Shown: in pieces, positions 18,881 to 27,801 of the stretch
Layout: every line of letters starts with the position of its first letter
Position numbering within the stretch: position 1 is the first letter of the stretch
Virus record (IMG/VR): IMGVR_UViG_3300036826_000050
Span: 207-64,206 of that record
Source of the DNA: a virus
Taxonomy: Duplodnaviria > Caudoviricetes
Strand: one strand, 5' to 3'
DNA: 64,000 nt
Notes under the pieces: generated by a model
What the model saw: the letters and a program-made list of their open reading frames with translations, nothing else
Databases searched by the model: none
Told to the model about the DNA's origin: nothing
Translations under genes and position numbers: made by a program

Positions 18881-19211
18881 ACCCCTGGCCTCCGGGGCCT
18901 TCATCGCCCTCGCGAAGCATGGAACCGCGCAGCTCACCGACTTCGTGACGCAGGCGACGCACCTGGTCATAGACATCTTCCTCGGGAGTGTCCTCGTCGG
19001 CATATCCGATTGCCGAGTCCATCGTCATCGCCTTGCAGGGGTGGGTGTTGAACCCGACGAAGTCAAAGCGCGCGGCGGGGAAGTTGCCGATGGCGTTGGC
19101 GACGGCGACGTTGATGTCGTCCATGATCTGGCCGACGTTGCGGTAGGTCGTCAGAGGCATCGTCAGACGCATCTGGATATCGACCACCGGTTCGCGATTG
19201 TCCCTCTTCAT
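18876..19211 (-). CDS. Hypothetical protein
   Basis: 111-aa ORF with GGAGG SD. Confidence 0.65.
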   Translation of the reverse strand: MKRDNREPVVDIQMRLTMPLTTYRNVGQIMDDINVAVANAIGNFPAARFDFVGFNTHPCKAMTMDSAIGYADEDTPEEDVYDQVRRLRHEVGELRGSMLREGDEGPGGQGS

Positions 19212-19438
19212 CGTTCCTCCATGTCTTCCGCTTTGGCGTAGCGATTGATGCTCCAGCCGCTGTGAGTGCCGCCGCCCTCGGTCTGGACCCGCCAGTTGCC
19301 GTCGCGCTGCGGACGCTCAGCGCCGTAGTCCGAGTTGCTGACAACCCGCTCCCAGCGACTGCCGATCTTGACATAGTCGCCAGGTCCGATCTCAGTGACG
19401 CCTCGGCTCGGCGCGTCGTGCCGTCTGCTCAGGCTCAT
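19208..19438 (-). CDS. Hypothetical protein
   Basis: 76-aa coupled ORF. Confidence 0.65.
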   Translation of the reverse strand: MSLSRRHDAPSRGVTEIGPGDYVKIGSRWERVVSNSDYGAERPQRDGNWRVQTEGGGTHSGWSINRYAKAEDMEER

Positions 19439-19740
19439 CCTTTCCTCACACTGCCTCGGTCAGTTCCCCCACGCGGTCCGATACGGACAAAGTCGTGGTG
19501 GTCCGCGAAAGTGCGCCGAACCCAGAGCGCCCCTTCGTCATCCTTGCGGCCGGGGTCCGGTGCGATCAGATCGACGTTGAGTATGCCATCCATAAGGAGG
19601 ACCTTGACCAACGACTCGATCTGGCGCTCATTCGCGGGGACCACGGTCGTGAGCTGGTAGGGCGGCTGGAAGTGCAACGTCTGAGTCAGACGCTCGGGCA
19701 CCTGAATGGTAATGGTCTTCATCCTCTGACCTCCAGACAC
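19435..19740 (-). CDS. Hypothetical protein
   Basis: Coupled ORF; start probably 19722. Confidence 0.6.
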   Translation of the reverse strand: MSGGQRMKTITIQVPERLTQTLHFQPPYQLTTVVPANERQIESLVKVLLMDGILNVDLIAPDPGRKDDEGALWVRRTFADHHDFVRIGPRGGTDRGSVRKG

Positions 19741-20009
19741 TTGATTGCGGCACGCGCGCGAGCGGCTTCCGCATCGCAGGCCTTGGCGTAGTCCTCTAGC
19801 TCGCGCATGAGACCGATGTCCTTCCGCATCTCATCGTTCGCGCGCTGACCGTAGGTCCTCTGGCGCTTGTACTGTGGCTTGGGCGGCAACGGTGCGTGCC
19901 TCCTTGCGGGCTGTTCCTCCGTGTCGACGATCCGCAAAGACGGGTCGCCGCGATGGACATCGCCCTCGTCGAGATTGATACGCCTACGAGTGATACTATC
20001 GATGCTCAC
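19719..20009 (-). CDS. Hypothetical protein
   Basis: C-terminal part of track ORF; GTG start inferred from overlap. Confidence 0.5.
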   Translation of the reverse strand: MSIDSITRRRINLDEGDVHRGDPSLRIVDTEEQPARRHAPLPPKPQYKRQRTYGQRANDEMRKDIGLMRELEDYAKACDAEAARARAAIKCLEVRG

Positions 20010-20248
20010 TACTTCTGCCCCCTCCTGTTCTTCTTCTTGTTCCTGATACGTCGTATGCGCAAGCGTCGCATAGCGATACGCTGTTCCTCCCTGAAGCAAG
20101 GAGTGCACAAGCCTCGGCGCTCGCCTGTCTTCGCCTCCGTGAAGGCGTAGTCGGCGTGTCTGTCGGGATGGTTGTCGCATACCGTCTTGTACGTTGGTAC
20201 GTACTCCGACAGCTTACGCGGCGGTCTGCGCTTCGGCTTCCTTGGCAT
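20009..20248 (-). CDS. Basic protein with B-box-like Cys/His motif
   Basis: CDNH...LCTPC; R/K-rich. Confidence 0.55.
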   Translation of the reverse strand: MPRKPKRRPPRKLSEYVPTYKTVCDNHPDRHADYAFTEAKTGERRGLCTPCFREEQRIAMRRLRIRRIRNKKKNRRGQK

Positions 20249-20465
20249 CGAGGTAGGTCTTGTCGTCGTTGCGTATGACGATCACCTGGCTCGTGCGGAT
20301 GATGTGCTCCTTACCGCGCTGGTATCCGTTCTGGGGAACGAACTTGACCCACTGGACCGATTGCTCGTCCATGAAGAACTCCGCACCCTTGGGAGCGTGG
20401 AACTGCTCGTCGCTCGCTGGGTAGCGGATGATCAAGGGGTACTTCAACTCGATGTTCTCGTACAT
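20214..20465 (-). CDS. Hypothetical protein
   Basis: 83-aa ORF with AGGAG SD. Confidence 0.65.
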   Translation of the reverse strand: MYENIELKYPLIIRYPASDEQFHAPKGAEFFMDEQSVQWVKFVPQNGYQRGKEHIIRTSQVIVIRNDDKTYLDAKEAEAQTAA

Positions 20466-20473
20466 GACTACTC

Positions 20474-20857
20474 CTATCGTTGGTACTGCTGGACATATCC
20501 GGGCACGCTCATGACGCGCCCGTCCTTCAAGCTTTTGACCGGGGTCTTGACGTCGGCGGGATCGCCGCTCTTCGTCAACGCCCAGGCTCGGACCTGGCCG
20601 AGGTCCAGCCCCTGAACGACGGGCCGGTTGTTGTCATCCATGCCGAGAATCGGATGCGGCGGGATTGTGACTCCCATATGCTCGTTGCTTACCGCGACCT
20701 CGCGCTTCCACCAGAGCGAGGCGACAACGCGGCGCTGTTGCATCGTCAGCACGTTCAGCTGCGGGTGTCGCCCGAGTTCGCGCGCCCATGACTCGATGAG
20801 TTCGTGGCGCTTGTCCGCGAGCGTACCGGGCGTTGCCTTCGTAAGGAACTGCGTCAT
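20474..20857 (-). CDS. Hypothetical protein
   Basis: 127-aa ORF coupled to the helicase stop. Confidence 0.65.
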   Translation of the reverse strand: MTQFLTKATPGTLADKRHELIESWARELGRHPQLNVLTMQQRRVVASLWWKREVAVSNEHMGVTIPPHPILGMDDNNRPVVQGLDLGQVRAWALTKSGDPADVKTPVKSLKDGRVMSVPGYVQQYQR

Positions 20858-22902
20858 TATACTTCCTCCATCTTCTGTCGCAGGAGGCGACGGATGTCTA
20901 GGATGTTCTTGTTAGTCACGGCCTTGCCTTGCGTGACCTCTGCGATGTACTGTTGGATCGTTCCGCGCGTCCTGTAGTAGTAGACGCGCAAGCTCTCCGT
21001 CCGCGAGCCACGGTCGCCGCGATCCTCCAACTGCTCCTGATCGTCTGGGTTCCATGTTTCGTCAAGGATATGGATCGACCCGGCTTCCTCCAGGTTGAGG
21101 CTCACGCCGCCGGTCGTCGTCGTCATGACGATTACGTACGGCCGCTCGTCACCCTCCTTGAACTTCTTGAGGATCGAGCGCGAGTCCTTGGTCTCGCCGG
21201 TTAGCGCATCGCAGTGGATACCGGCCTTCCGCAAGACCGGCACGAGCATGTCGACCATTCGCTTCGACTCGCTTGCTACGATAGCTCGCGCCCGAGGCTC
21301 TGGGTCCGTCTTGCGGATACCCTCGTTGTCGAGCTTCTCCAAGAGGTCCTGGACCTTGCCGCTATCGGGCGTCGGCGTGACGATGATCTCCTCATCGCCG
21401 TTGCGCTTAGTCCTGGTCTCCAACGTACAGGTCGCGTTAGCGAACTGCTTCAGGCGCGCGTACTCGGCAAGTACGTTCGTCGCGCTCAAGCGCTGTTCCT
21501 CGATCCTGATCTCCGCGTCGCGTTGGAACGCCTCGTACTGCTTACTCTGCTTGGGAGTCATCGAGCAGGCGACATCGATGATCGTCTTCTCGGGCAGACC
21601 GGGTAGCGCCTCGCGCTTCAGGCGCCTGACCATATGCTTCGCGTGCGCCTCGTAGAACTGATCCTCGCGACCGGGCTGGATGCCGAGTATGTCCTTGCCG
21701 AACCCGTTGTCGTCTATGACGAGCCACTGCTCAGCCCAGCGCCACTTGGACGTATAGCTCTGCGGCTCAAGCCATTGGAGGATCGGGAACAACTTGATCG
21801 GCTTACCGCCCATCGGCGTCCCGCTCATCGCGCAACGCTTCTGCGCTTTGACGAGGCCGACGCTGATCCTGAAGAGCGAGTCCGGATTGCCGAGTCCCGC
21901 CTTGTGGAACTCGTCGATGTTGAACGTAGCGAACTCAGTCTTGAGTAGTCGCTTCTGTAGCTCGGAGCGGTACGTGTAGATGTTACCCTTGCGGTCACGG
22001 TGGCAGACCTCCGCACCTGACCATTTCATGTCCCACTCGGCGTAGTCCTCGGCATAGAACTCGTCAGGCGGCTCTGGGACCTTCTTGACGCGGATGAAGT
22101 CCGGGTTGAGACAGATGAACATCGGAGGGTGGTCCTTGACCGTCGCATGCTCCGTGAGCGCCTCATTGACCTCGTACTCGCGCTCTGCTAGGTCCTCAGC
22201 CGTGTAGACCCAGGCGTCGGGGAGGAAGCGGTCAATCTCCTCAAGCCAGACGTTCTCCAGCGAGCGGACCGGCGCGCAGACGAGATGGATCGAACCGGGT
22301 TGGAACAGGTCGGCCTCCACGACCGCGCCGAGCCACTCCAACGTCTTGCCGGTTCCCATCTGGTTCGCGTTGAGCGTATTCGTCTGCGCCATCATGGCGA
22401 TGTCCGCTCGCTGGTACGGTCGCGGATCGCGCTTGGTCATGAGCGGATGCGGCTTACCATCCGGCCCCGGCGGCAGGCTGAGTTCCGTCAGCGGCTCGCC
22501 CGCGATTGCTCGCGCGATCCGGTCGGCGCGCGAGGGGACGATGCTCAGTTCGGCATCGCTTGCGCTGGTAAGCGACTTGAGGTTCCGTTCCTTGCGGCGC
22601 TCGGCGCGACCCCAGGACCTGAGACCTTCGCCGATCTCAAGCCCCATGCCGAACTCCTCACGCAGACGCTCGCCGCTGACGAGGTCGAGCGGGAGTCGCC
22701 AGAGCGGACCGCCCTTGTCGAGCGGGACGAACCGCGCGCCAGGGACGCGCTTGACCGCCGCGACCGCATCGGGGCTGTACTTGAAGTACACGTCGATACG
22801 GTCACCGGCCTCGTTGAGTTCTGCGAAGCATCTCATGACCCAAGCCTCCGCGCGTCGCGCTTTGCCGATGAGACGGAACTGGAACGGCAGATCATCAGTC
22901 AT
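20857..22902 (-). CDS. SNF2-family helicase with N-terminal HARP-like domain
   Basis: QMGTGKT, DEFH, SGTP, GVSLNL, WNP...Q.EDR; N-terminal FKYSPDAVAAVKRVPGARF. Confidence 0.9.
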   Translation of the reverse strand: MTDDLPFQFRLIGKARRAEAWVMRCFAELNEAGDRIDVYFKYSPDAVAAVKRVPGARFVPLDKGGPLWRLPLDLVSGERLREEFGMGLEIGEGLRSWGRAERRKERNLKSLTSASDAELSIVPSRADRIARAIAGEPLTELSLPPGPDGKPHPLMTKRDPRPYQRADIAMMAQTNTLNANQMGTGKTLEWLGAVVEADLFQPGSIHLVCAPVRSLENVWLEEIDRFLPDAWVYTAEDLAEREYEVNEALTEHATVKDHPPMFICLNPDFIRVKKVPEPPDEFYAEDYAEWDMKWSGAEVCHRDRKGNIYTYRSELQKRLLKTEFATFNIDEFHKAGLGNPDSLFRISVGLVKAQKRCAMSGTPMGGKPIKLFPILQWLEPQSYTSKWRWAEQWLVIDDNGFGKDILGIQPGREDQFYEAHAKHMVRRLKREALPGLPEKTIIDVACSMTPKQSKQYEAFQRDAEIRIEEQRLSATNVLAEYARLKQFANATCTLETRTKRNGDEEIIVTPTPDSGKVQDLLEKLDNEGIRKTDPEPRARAIVASESKRMVDMLVPVLRKAGIHCDALTGETKDSRSILKKFKEGDERPYVIVMTTTTGGVSLNLEEAGSIHILDETWNPDDQEQLEDRGDRGSRTESLRVYYYRTRGTIQQYIAEVTQGKAVTNKNILDIRRLLRQKMEEV

Positions 22903-23179
22903 CGTCGCCCGGTCGCGGCCAGCCAGCGCGAGTCTCGCCAGCGAGCGAATCGTCGTCATCGGTCGGCAGTTCGGCCGCGTCTTTGTTGATCAGATCGACG
23001 ACATTGACGAGGTTCTTGAGCAGCTCGTCGGGGAAGAGCATGACGTCGCCAAAAACATTCAGCTCGCCGCTTGGGACATCGAACTGCTCGTCGCGCGGAA
23101 CTCGCCAGACAGCGATGTCGAACTCGGGCATATCGCTCTCTTTGAGCGAGGCCAAGTGAAGTCCGATTAGATACATCAT
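22895..23179 (-). CDS. Hypothetical protein
   Basis: Follows conserved SD-hairpin leader. Confidence 0.65.
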   Translation of the reverse strand: MMYLIGLHLASLKESDMPEFDIAVWRVPRDEQFDVPSGELNVFGDVMLFPDELLKNLVNVVDLINKDAAELPTDDDDSLAGETRAGWPRPGDDD

Positions 23180-23306
23180 GTTACTTGATCCTCCTAGGGA
23201 TCGGCTTGATAGATATGCGGGGCGACGGCTTCAGGGTCACCGCTCCCTGGAACGGCCAGGGAGCAATTACCGCCGCCCCGCCCTACGGAGTCTAGCGCGC
23301 TTCCTG
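23180..23306 (-). promoter_or_regulatory. Promoter (CAGGAAGCGCGC-TAGACT) plus ATCAAGC/SD-hairpin leader
   Basis: -10-like TAGACT at 23289-94; leader ATCAAGCCGATCCCTAGGAGGATCAAGTAAC. Confidence 0.65.
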
Positions 23307-23359
23307 TGGAAGCGTATGCCGGTGACACGACGAGTTTCGGCTCGCGCGCCCGAGCGGAG

Positions 23360-23462
23360 CATCGCGTACGAGGCTTGTTCCGGCCCGCCTCCGTGGCTGC
23401 GCCGCCGGATCGAAGGGTAGGGGTCGGATCGCCTGGCATCATGTACTCTCGCGGCCTTCTAG
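23360..23462 (-). repeat. Dispersed ~103-bp element, copy B
   Basis: Shares CGGAACAAGCCTCGTA with copy D and CGTACGCGATG with copy A. Confidence 0.8.
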
Positions 23463-23737
23463 CGGCCTGGCTTCTTCTCGTCAGGATGCTCGCCGGGGAG
23501 CCATGACGCCTTGAAGCAGTACGTGCAAGGCCGGGTCTTGAAGACGCGCCCCTGAAAGTCGCCCTTGCTACGAGCGAGCAGGAGCGCGTCCTCTGCGGGC
23601 TGCATCGCGCGCCAGGCCTTGTTGACCAGCGCCTTGCCTCCGCACTGCGGGCAGGTAATCCCCAGGAGCTTGCGCTTGCCCTGGACGACCTCCTTGACCT
23701 CCCAGGTCTTCATCGTAGACTTGACGCTGGTCTCCAT
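23459..23737 (-). CDS. Zn-finger protein
   Basis: CPQC...PCTYC. Confidence 0.6.
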   Translation of the reverse strand: METSVKSTMKTWEVKEVVQGKRKLLGITCPQCGGKALVNKAWRAMQPAEDALLLARSKGDFQGRVFKTRPCTYCFKASWLPGEHPDEKKPGR

Positions 23738-23739
23738 GG

Positions 23740-24069
23740 CTATGCCCCGTTGTTGACGGTGACCTCGGCGTTGTCGACATAGTCCCACGCCAGATCGTCG
23801 TCGCCGTCGAACACGACACCGATGGTATCGTTGCCGTCGCGGTAGACGCAGATGAGGCCGTACTTGTCGTTGATGCGGACTCGATCACCGACATCGGGAC
23901 GGTCCGGGTTCTGCTCGGCCGGCACGTCGGTCGAGAGTACGGTCACGCCCTCGTCCTGCGCCATGACGTGAACGACTCTGCGCGCTTCGTCATCGCTGAC
24001 GATGAGCGCGCCTTCGCCGGGGTAGACGCGCATGAGTGCGTCCACGACGGTCTTCTGCCGAAGGTTCAC
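23740..24069 (-). CDS. Hypothetical protein
   Basis: 109-aa ORF in operon. Confidence 0.65.
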   Translation of the reverse strand: MNLRQKTVVDALMRVYPGEGALIVSDDEARRVVHVMAQDEGVTVLSTDVPAEQNPDRPDVGDRVRINDKYGLICVYRDGNDTIGVVFDGDDDLAWDYVDNAEVTVNNGA

Positions 24070-24308
24070 TTGACCTTCTCCGACAAGCGGTACGAGTCAC
24101 CGCTGTGCTCGACGAGAGTCATGGGCATGCCCCGTCCGCCGACGACGACAGTGTCGCCCAGGTTGGTTTCCTCGATGTAGATCATCGGGACCGGCTGGCG
24201 AGTCTCGGCTTCCTCGCCACTGAGCTGATCCATGATGATGCGAGCGAACTCCGCAGCCGCCGCCGCGCTCAGCTCGATGCGCGCTTGGTTGTTGTTTACG
24301 ATGGGCAT
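24066..24308 (-). CDS. Hypothetical protein
   Basis: 80-aa ORF with AGGAGG SD. Confidence 0.65.
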   Translation of the reverse strand: MPIVNNNQARIELSAAAAAEFARIIMDQLSGEEAETRQPVPMIYIEETNLGDTVVVGGRGMPMTLVEHSGDSYRLSEKVK

Positions 24309-24309
24309 C

Positions 24310-24615
24310 CTACCGTTCCTCCTTTGTTGGTACGAGTCCGGTACTGCCGCAGTAAGAGCAAGGGAAGTCGCCGGGATGGAGCCGGTCGATCCTGCTCATG
24401 AACGGCGCGTCGGCTACGCTCATGATCTGGAACGACTGATTCAACTCGCGTGGGCAAACTCCCTCGGTGCCGTGACAGCCCCGCACGGGACAGGGCTGGG
24501 TCGGTCCGCAACAGAGCACCTGAAGGTAGCGAAGCCGCGCTTGGAGGTAGCGCCCGCCCTGGCGGACGATCTGCCGACGTACCTCGAACATCGCGCGGTT
24601 ATGTTCACCGATCAT
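24310..24615 (-). CDS. DnaJ-type Zn-finger-like protein
   Basis: CPVRGCHGTEG and CSYCGSTG. Confidence 0.55.
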   Translation of the reverse strand: MIGEHNRAMFEVRRQIVRQGGRYLQARLRYLQVLCCGPTQPCPVRGCHGTEGVCPRELNQSFQIMSVADAPFMSRIDRLHPGDFPCSYCGSTGLVPTKEER

Positions 24616-24730
24616 CGAGTCTCGCCTCCACTTCCTTGAGGACGCGCTTGCACCAGAAGTACTGATACGTGTTGAACGCGATAGCCGCGACTGACATGAC
24701 GATCGTAGCTATCAGAATCGCGTAGTGCAT
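24605..24730 (-). CDS. Small single-TM protein (41 aa)
   Basis: Hand-read MHYAILIATIVMSVAAIAFNTYQYFW...; fills gap. Confidence 0.55.
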   Translation of the reverse strand: MHYAILIATIVMSVAAIAFNTYQYFWCKRVLKEVEARLDDR

Positions 24731-25159
24731 TCAGATGACGGTGACATCGACGGGGACACCGAGCTTGCGAGCGATGTTGATAGTCATCCACTCGCCGCTC
24801 CTGTAGAAATGCTCCGACCTGACGAACGCGATCAGTAGGTCCGCTCCCTCGACCATGAGGTTGTTGCGGATACGGTACGGCTCGTTGCCGGACGGGCAGC
24901 GAATGATCGTTGCGCGCGGTGCGAGTTCCTCAACGAGGTCGGCGTTGTGAGGCGCGGCCGGGACGTACAGCTCAACGATCAGGACATCGCCCATGATCGC
25001 TTGGCGGGCAGCGATGGTATCGACGCCGTGCGCGCAACCCGAGCGCCAGGTGTCGAGCGTCGCATTCCGCTCTTGGTAGTCCTGTTGTTCCAACCGCTCA
25101 ACGACGGGGAACTCCTGTTGTCGAGTTAGCTCACTTGGTCCGGTGAACGCTACGATCAT
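24731..25159 (-). CDS. SLOG-family (DprA/YspA-like) nucleotide-binding protein
   Basis: VAFTG, SGCAHGVD, RNNLMV..AD.LIAF, SG..MTI..A. Confidence 0.8.
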   Translation of the reverse strand: MIVAFTGPSELTRQQEFPVVERLEQQDYQERNATLDTWRSGCAHGVDTIAARQAIMGDVLIVELYVPAAPHNADLVEELAPRATIIRCPSGNEPYRIRNNLMVEGADLLIAFVRSEHFYRSGEWMTINIARKLGVPVDVTVI

Positions 25160-25244
25160 ACCGTTTGACCTCCTTGGGTCATAGCTTGATGAACAGGTAC
25201 GGCGTCGGGGTAGTCTAGCGCGCGCTGGATGACGCGCGCTAGAC
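25160..25244 (-). promoter_or_regulatory. Promoter (CGCGC-TAGACT) inside a perfect 12-bp inverted repeat, plus SD-hairpin leader
   Basis: GTCTAGCGCGCG-N8-CGCGCGCTAGAC at 25213-44; leader ATCAAGCTATGACCCAAGGAGGTCAAA. Confidence 0.6.
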
Positions 25245-25252
25245 CCCTTGGT

Positions 25253-25471
25253 TCAGGCGGCGGCGGCTTCCTGGTCGCGTCCTGCGATCCAGTTCATCGC
25301 CTCAGGTCGCAGGCTATCGCGACTGCCCACCATCGTCGAGTACATGACCTTGTTACCGTCATTCGACAGGACGGCGAGGGTCCAGAGATCATCGCGCTGC
25401 GCGATGCCGGCGATGATGTGCTCGACACCGGAGTCCGATTGTACGACCTCGATGTAAATGTTACTTGTCAA
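25253..25471 (-). CDS. Hypothetical protein
   Basis: TTG start after GGAGGTGA. Confidence 0.55.
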   Translation of the reverse strand: MTSNIYIEVVQSDSGVEHIIAGIAQRDDLWTLAVLSNDGNKVMYSTMVGSRDSLRPEAMNWIAGRDQEAAAA

Positions 25472-25485
25472 CTTTTCACCTCCCT

Positions 25486-26574
25486 TCATGATCCGATTTC
25501 CGGAGTGCGTCGTAGGCCGCGCGACGGGTTGCCGTGAAGGTTCGCCTCGGCTCCGGCACGCGCGCCCGCATTGCGGGCTGACCAGTCGATCTTGCGAGTG
25601 TCGGTCTTGTAGCGGACCGGCTTGCGTCGCGCGACGCAACGCGGACGCGAGCACTTCGGGTCGTTGCACTTGGCCGTGTGACAGTTGTCGCACTCGCAGT
25701 TGGCCGGGTGCGGCCGCAGGTCAGGGAAGAACTCCCAGAGCGCCTCCTTGACGAGCGCGTTGATATCTCGGAGCGCGAGCGCCGCCGAGTTGCCGGTGTG
25801 GGCGGCATCGTACGACTGCTCGCTCTCGCGCCTCATGCGAGCGAGGCGACTGTCGATCTCGTAGGCGAAGCCGGCAGCGAAGTGCTCGCGGTACGTCTTA
25901 ACGTTCGTGTACGTCTGCGGCCTGCCGGTTTCCTTGCACCAGGCGCGGTAGCGGCGGACCAAGCGCTCGCTGAGCAGAAAGCGCTCGCGACAGAAGTGCT
26001 TCCAGTCGGCGCGCTCGCGCGGGAAGGCAACGCCGGGGTTGGGGTCCTCGATGTGGCCAGCCTCGATGAGGCGGCGGGTGACGGTGTCCCAGCCGTACCC
26101 GGCCTCGCGCATCGCGGCGAGGTTCTCCTCAAGGCTCAGCGACTCCTGCGGGCGCGGGTCGGCCTTGGACGTCAGCTGGAGTAGCAGGCTCGTGAAGAGC
26201 ATGTCGAAGTAGTCGATGTCGGCCTCCATGCCGACCACCGGGATCGTCTTCTGGTTCAGGTCCCAGTGCTTCGATACCGAGATCACGCGACAGTGTCGCG
26301 CGGTCGCGCCCCAGAGCGTCCAGCACGCCGCCCTGAGCCAGGACTCGTGCGTATCCGACCACCAGCTGAAGTCGAACTCGCGCTTGACGGGAAGGATGTT
26401 CTGTCCCTCCTTCGCCATCTCAACTTCCCACGACTCAATCGCGTAGGCGGTCATGAGTTCGTCGGCCTTCTGCCGGAAGACCTCGGCCTCCGCGTCACCG
26501 ACCGCCGAGTCGTTGGCCTTGGCGAGCAGCTTGCGGACCGTCTCAAGCATCTTGTTCTTACGTTCGTCCGTCAT
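25486..26574 (-). CDS. DUF2786-domain protein
   Basis: KMLETVRKLLAKA...EAEVFRQKADELMTAY; F..GFA..I..RL. Confidence 0.85.
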   Translation of the reverse strand: MTDERKNKMLETVRKLLAKANDSAVGDAEAEVFRQKADELMTAYAIESWEVEMAKEGQNILPVKREFDFSWWSDTHESWLRAACWTLWGATARHCRVISVSKHWDLNQKTIPVVGMEADIDYFDMLFTSLLLQLTSKADPRPQESLSLEENLAAMREAGYGWDTVTRRLIEAGHIEDPNPGVAFPRERADWKHFCRERFLLSERLVRRYRAWCKETGRPQTYTNVKTYREHFAAGFAYEIDSRLARMRRESEQSYDAAHTGNSAALALRDINALVKEALWEFFPDLRPHPANCECDNCHTAKCNDPKCSRPRCVARRKPVRYKTDTRKIDWSARNAGARAGAEANLHGNPSRGLRRTPEIGS

Positions 26575-26604
26575 GTTACTTTGACCTCCTTGGGTCGCTT
26601 GCGT

Positions 26605-27324
26605 TTAGAGGATCGGCTGGGAGTAGTCGTACTTGTCGGTGTCTTCGACGTCACCGGCAGGGTCGAGTCCCGCGTCGCTGATCGCGCGGCGAGCCGCGCT
26701 GACGCGACGCTTCCACTCGTCCTCCTCATGCCAGTAGCCGCCGCAGACCGGGCCGATGGAGAGCGCGCGGCTGATCCGGTTCGTGAGCCGGAGGCCGCAT
26801 CGTGAGCAACATCCGATCTCAGCGCCGTAGCGGTGGGCGCACTCCCAGGCCCCCGCCTCCTTGATCTTGCTGACGATACTGAGCGCCGACTTGAACGGTA
26901 TCTCACTCTCGTCGGGGCCATGCTCGACGTAGAGCTTGAAGTAGTTGGGGTTGCGGGTCCCGCGCCAGAGGCGGTAGAACCGCAGCTCACCGTCCTCGTT
27001 CTCGATGGCGTACCGGCCGGTGGGCAGGTCATCCGCTGACGGGACGGTCGCGCTCGCGCCGCCGCGCTGAACGTTACGCTCGCGCGGTAGCTGCGGGAAC
27101 GTCAGTAGGTGCTCGATCCAGCGGCTCGCGGTCGGCTTGTCGAGGTCGGCCGCGCGCTCCTTGAGGTCCGCGATTGCGGCGGCGTACTCTTCGTCAGTCG
27201 CGGCGAGGACCTTGGGGGACTGACGGAGGTCGCGCTCATCGAGCAGGTCGGTGAGGAACTTCAGCTGAGGCGCGGTGATTCCATTCTCGGCGGCGAACTC
27301 AGCGGGCACAGGCGTCCTTCTCAT
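26605..27324 (-). CDS. DUF6011-domain protein
   Basis: C-terminal CSRCGLRLTNRISRALSIGPVC; N-terminal T.PQLKFL..L repeat type. Confidence 0.8.
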   Translation of the reverse strand: MRRTPVPAEFAAENGITAPQLKFLTDLLDERDLRQSPKVLAATDEEYAAAIADLKERAADLDKPTASRWIEHLLTFPQLPRERNVQRGGASATVPSADDLPTGRYAIENEDGELRFYRLWRGTRNPNYFKLYVEHGPDESEIPFKSALSIVSKIKEAGAWECAHRYGAEIGCCSRCGLRLTNRISRALSIGPVCGGYWHEEDEWKRRVSAARRAISDAGLDPAGDVEDTDKYDYSQPIL

Positions 27325-27400
27325 CTTACTTGATCCTCCTTAGGATCGGCTTGATTAGCGGGGCGGTTCCCCTACGGGGGAGTATAGCGCGGTTCTTGCT
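27325..27400 (-). promoter_or_regulatory. Promoter (CAAGAACCGCGC-TATACT) plus SD-hairpin leader
   Basis: TATACT at 27381-86; ATCAAGCCGATCCTAAGGAGGATCAAGTAAG. Confidence 0.7.
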
Positions 27401-27552
27401 GGTAGCCTGCCCTGCGGGCGAAACTCGTGGCCACAGCCCAGAACGAGGCGGGGCCGCCAAGGGGAGGAACGTCAGCCAGCCCTGGCGGCCCCACGGGGCG
27501 GGGCCACCCGACTCTGGCGGGCGAGCCGGGCAGCCCCACGTCTTGCGAGGAC

Positions 27553-27801
27553 TTACCGAATGTCTACGATGTCCTTCACCCTCACGGTCCTCAGTCCGCC
27601 CTTCGATGAGATGAACTGAATGAGGTCATCCTTGCGCTCGCCGTGAGAGTCAGTCGGTCCGGCGGGAAGCCAGCGCCGGACCGACGTGACGTGGTGTTCC
27701 CCTTCGACCATCGGCATGCGGGTTCCGTCGCCGCGTGTATGGTGAGGAGATATGACGTAGACCTTTCTGCCCTTGAGCAGATGGTAGTTGCGCTCGGTCA
27801 G
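27553..27801 (-). CDS. Start-less 82-codon ORF; probable -1 frameshift extension of the upstream HTH gene
   Basis: LTERNYHLLKGRKVYV...LRTVRVKDIVDIR*; -1 frame overlapping the upstream stop; no canonical start until codon 29. Confidence 0.55.
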   Translation of the reverse strand: MTERNYHLLKGRKVYVISPHHTRGDGTRMPMVEGEHHVTSVRRWLPAGPTDSHGERKDDLIQFISSKGGLRTVRVKDIVDIR

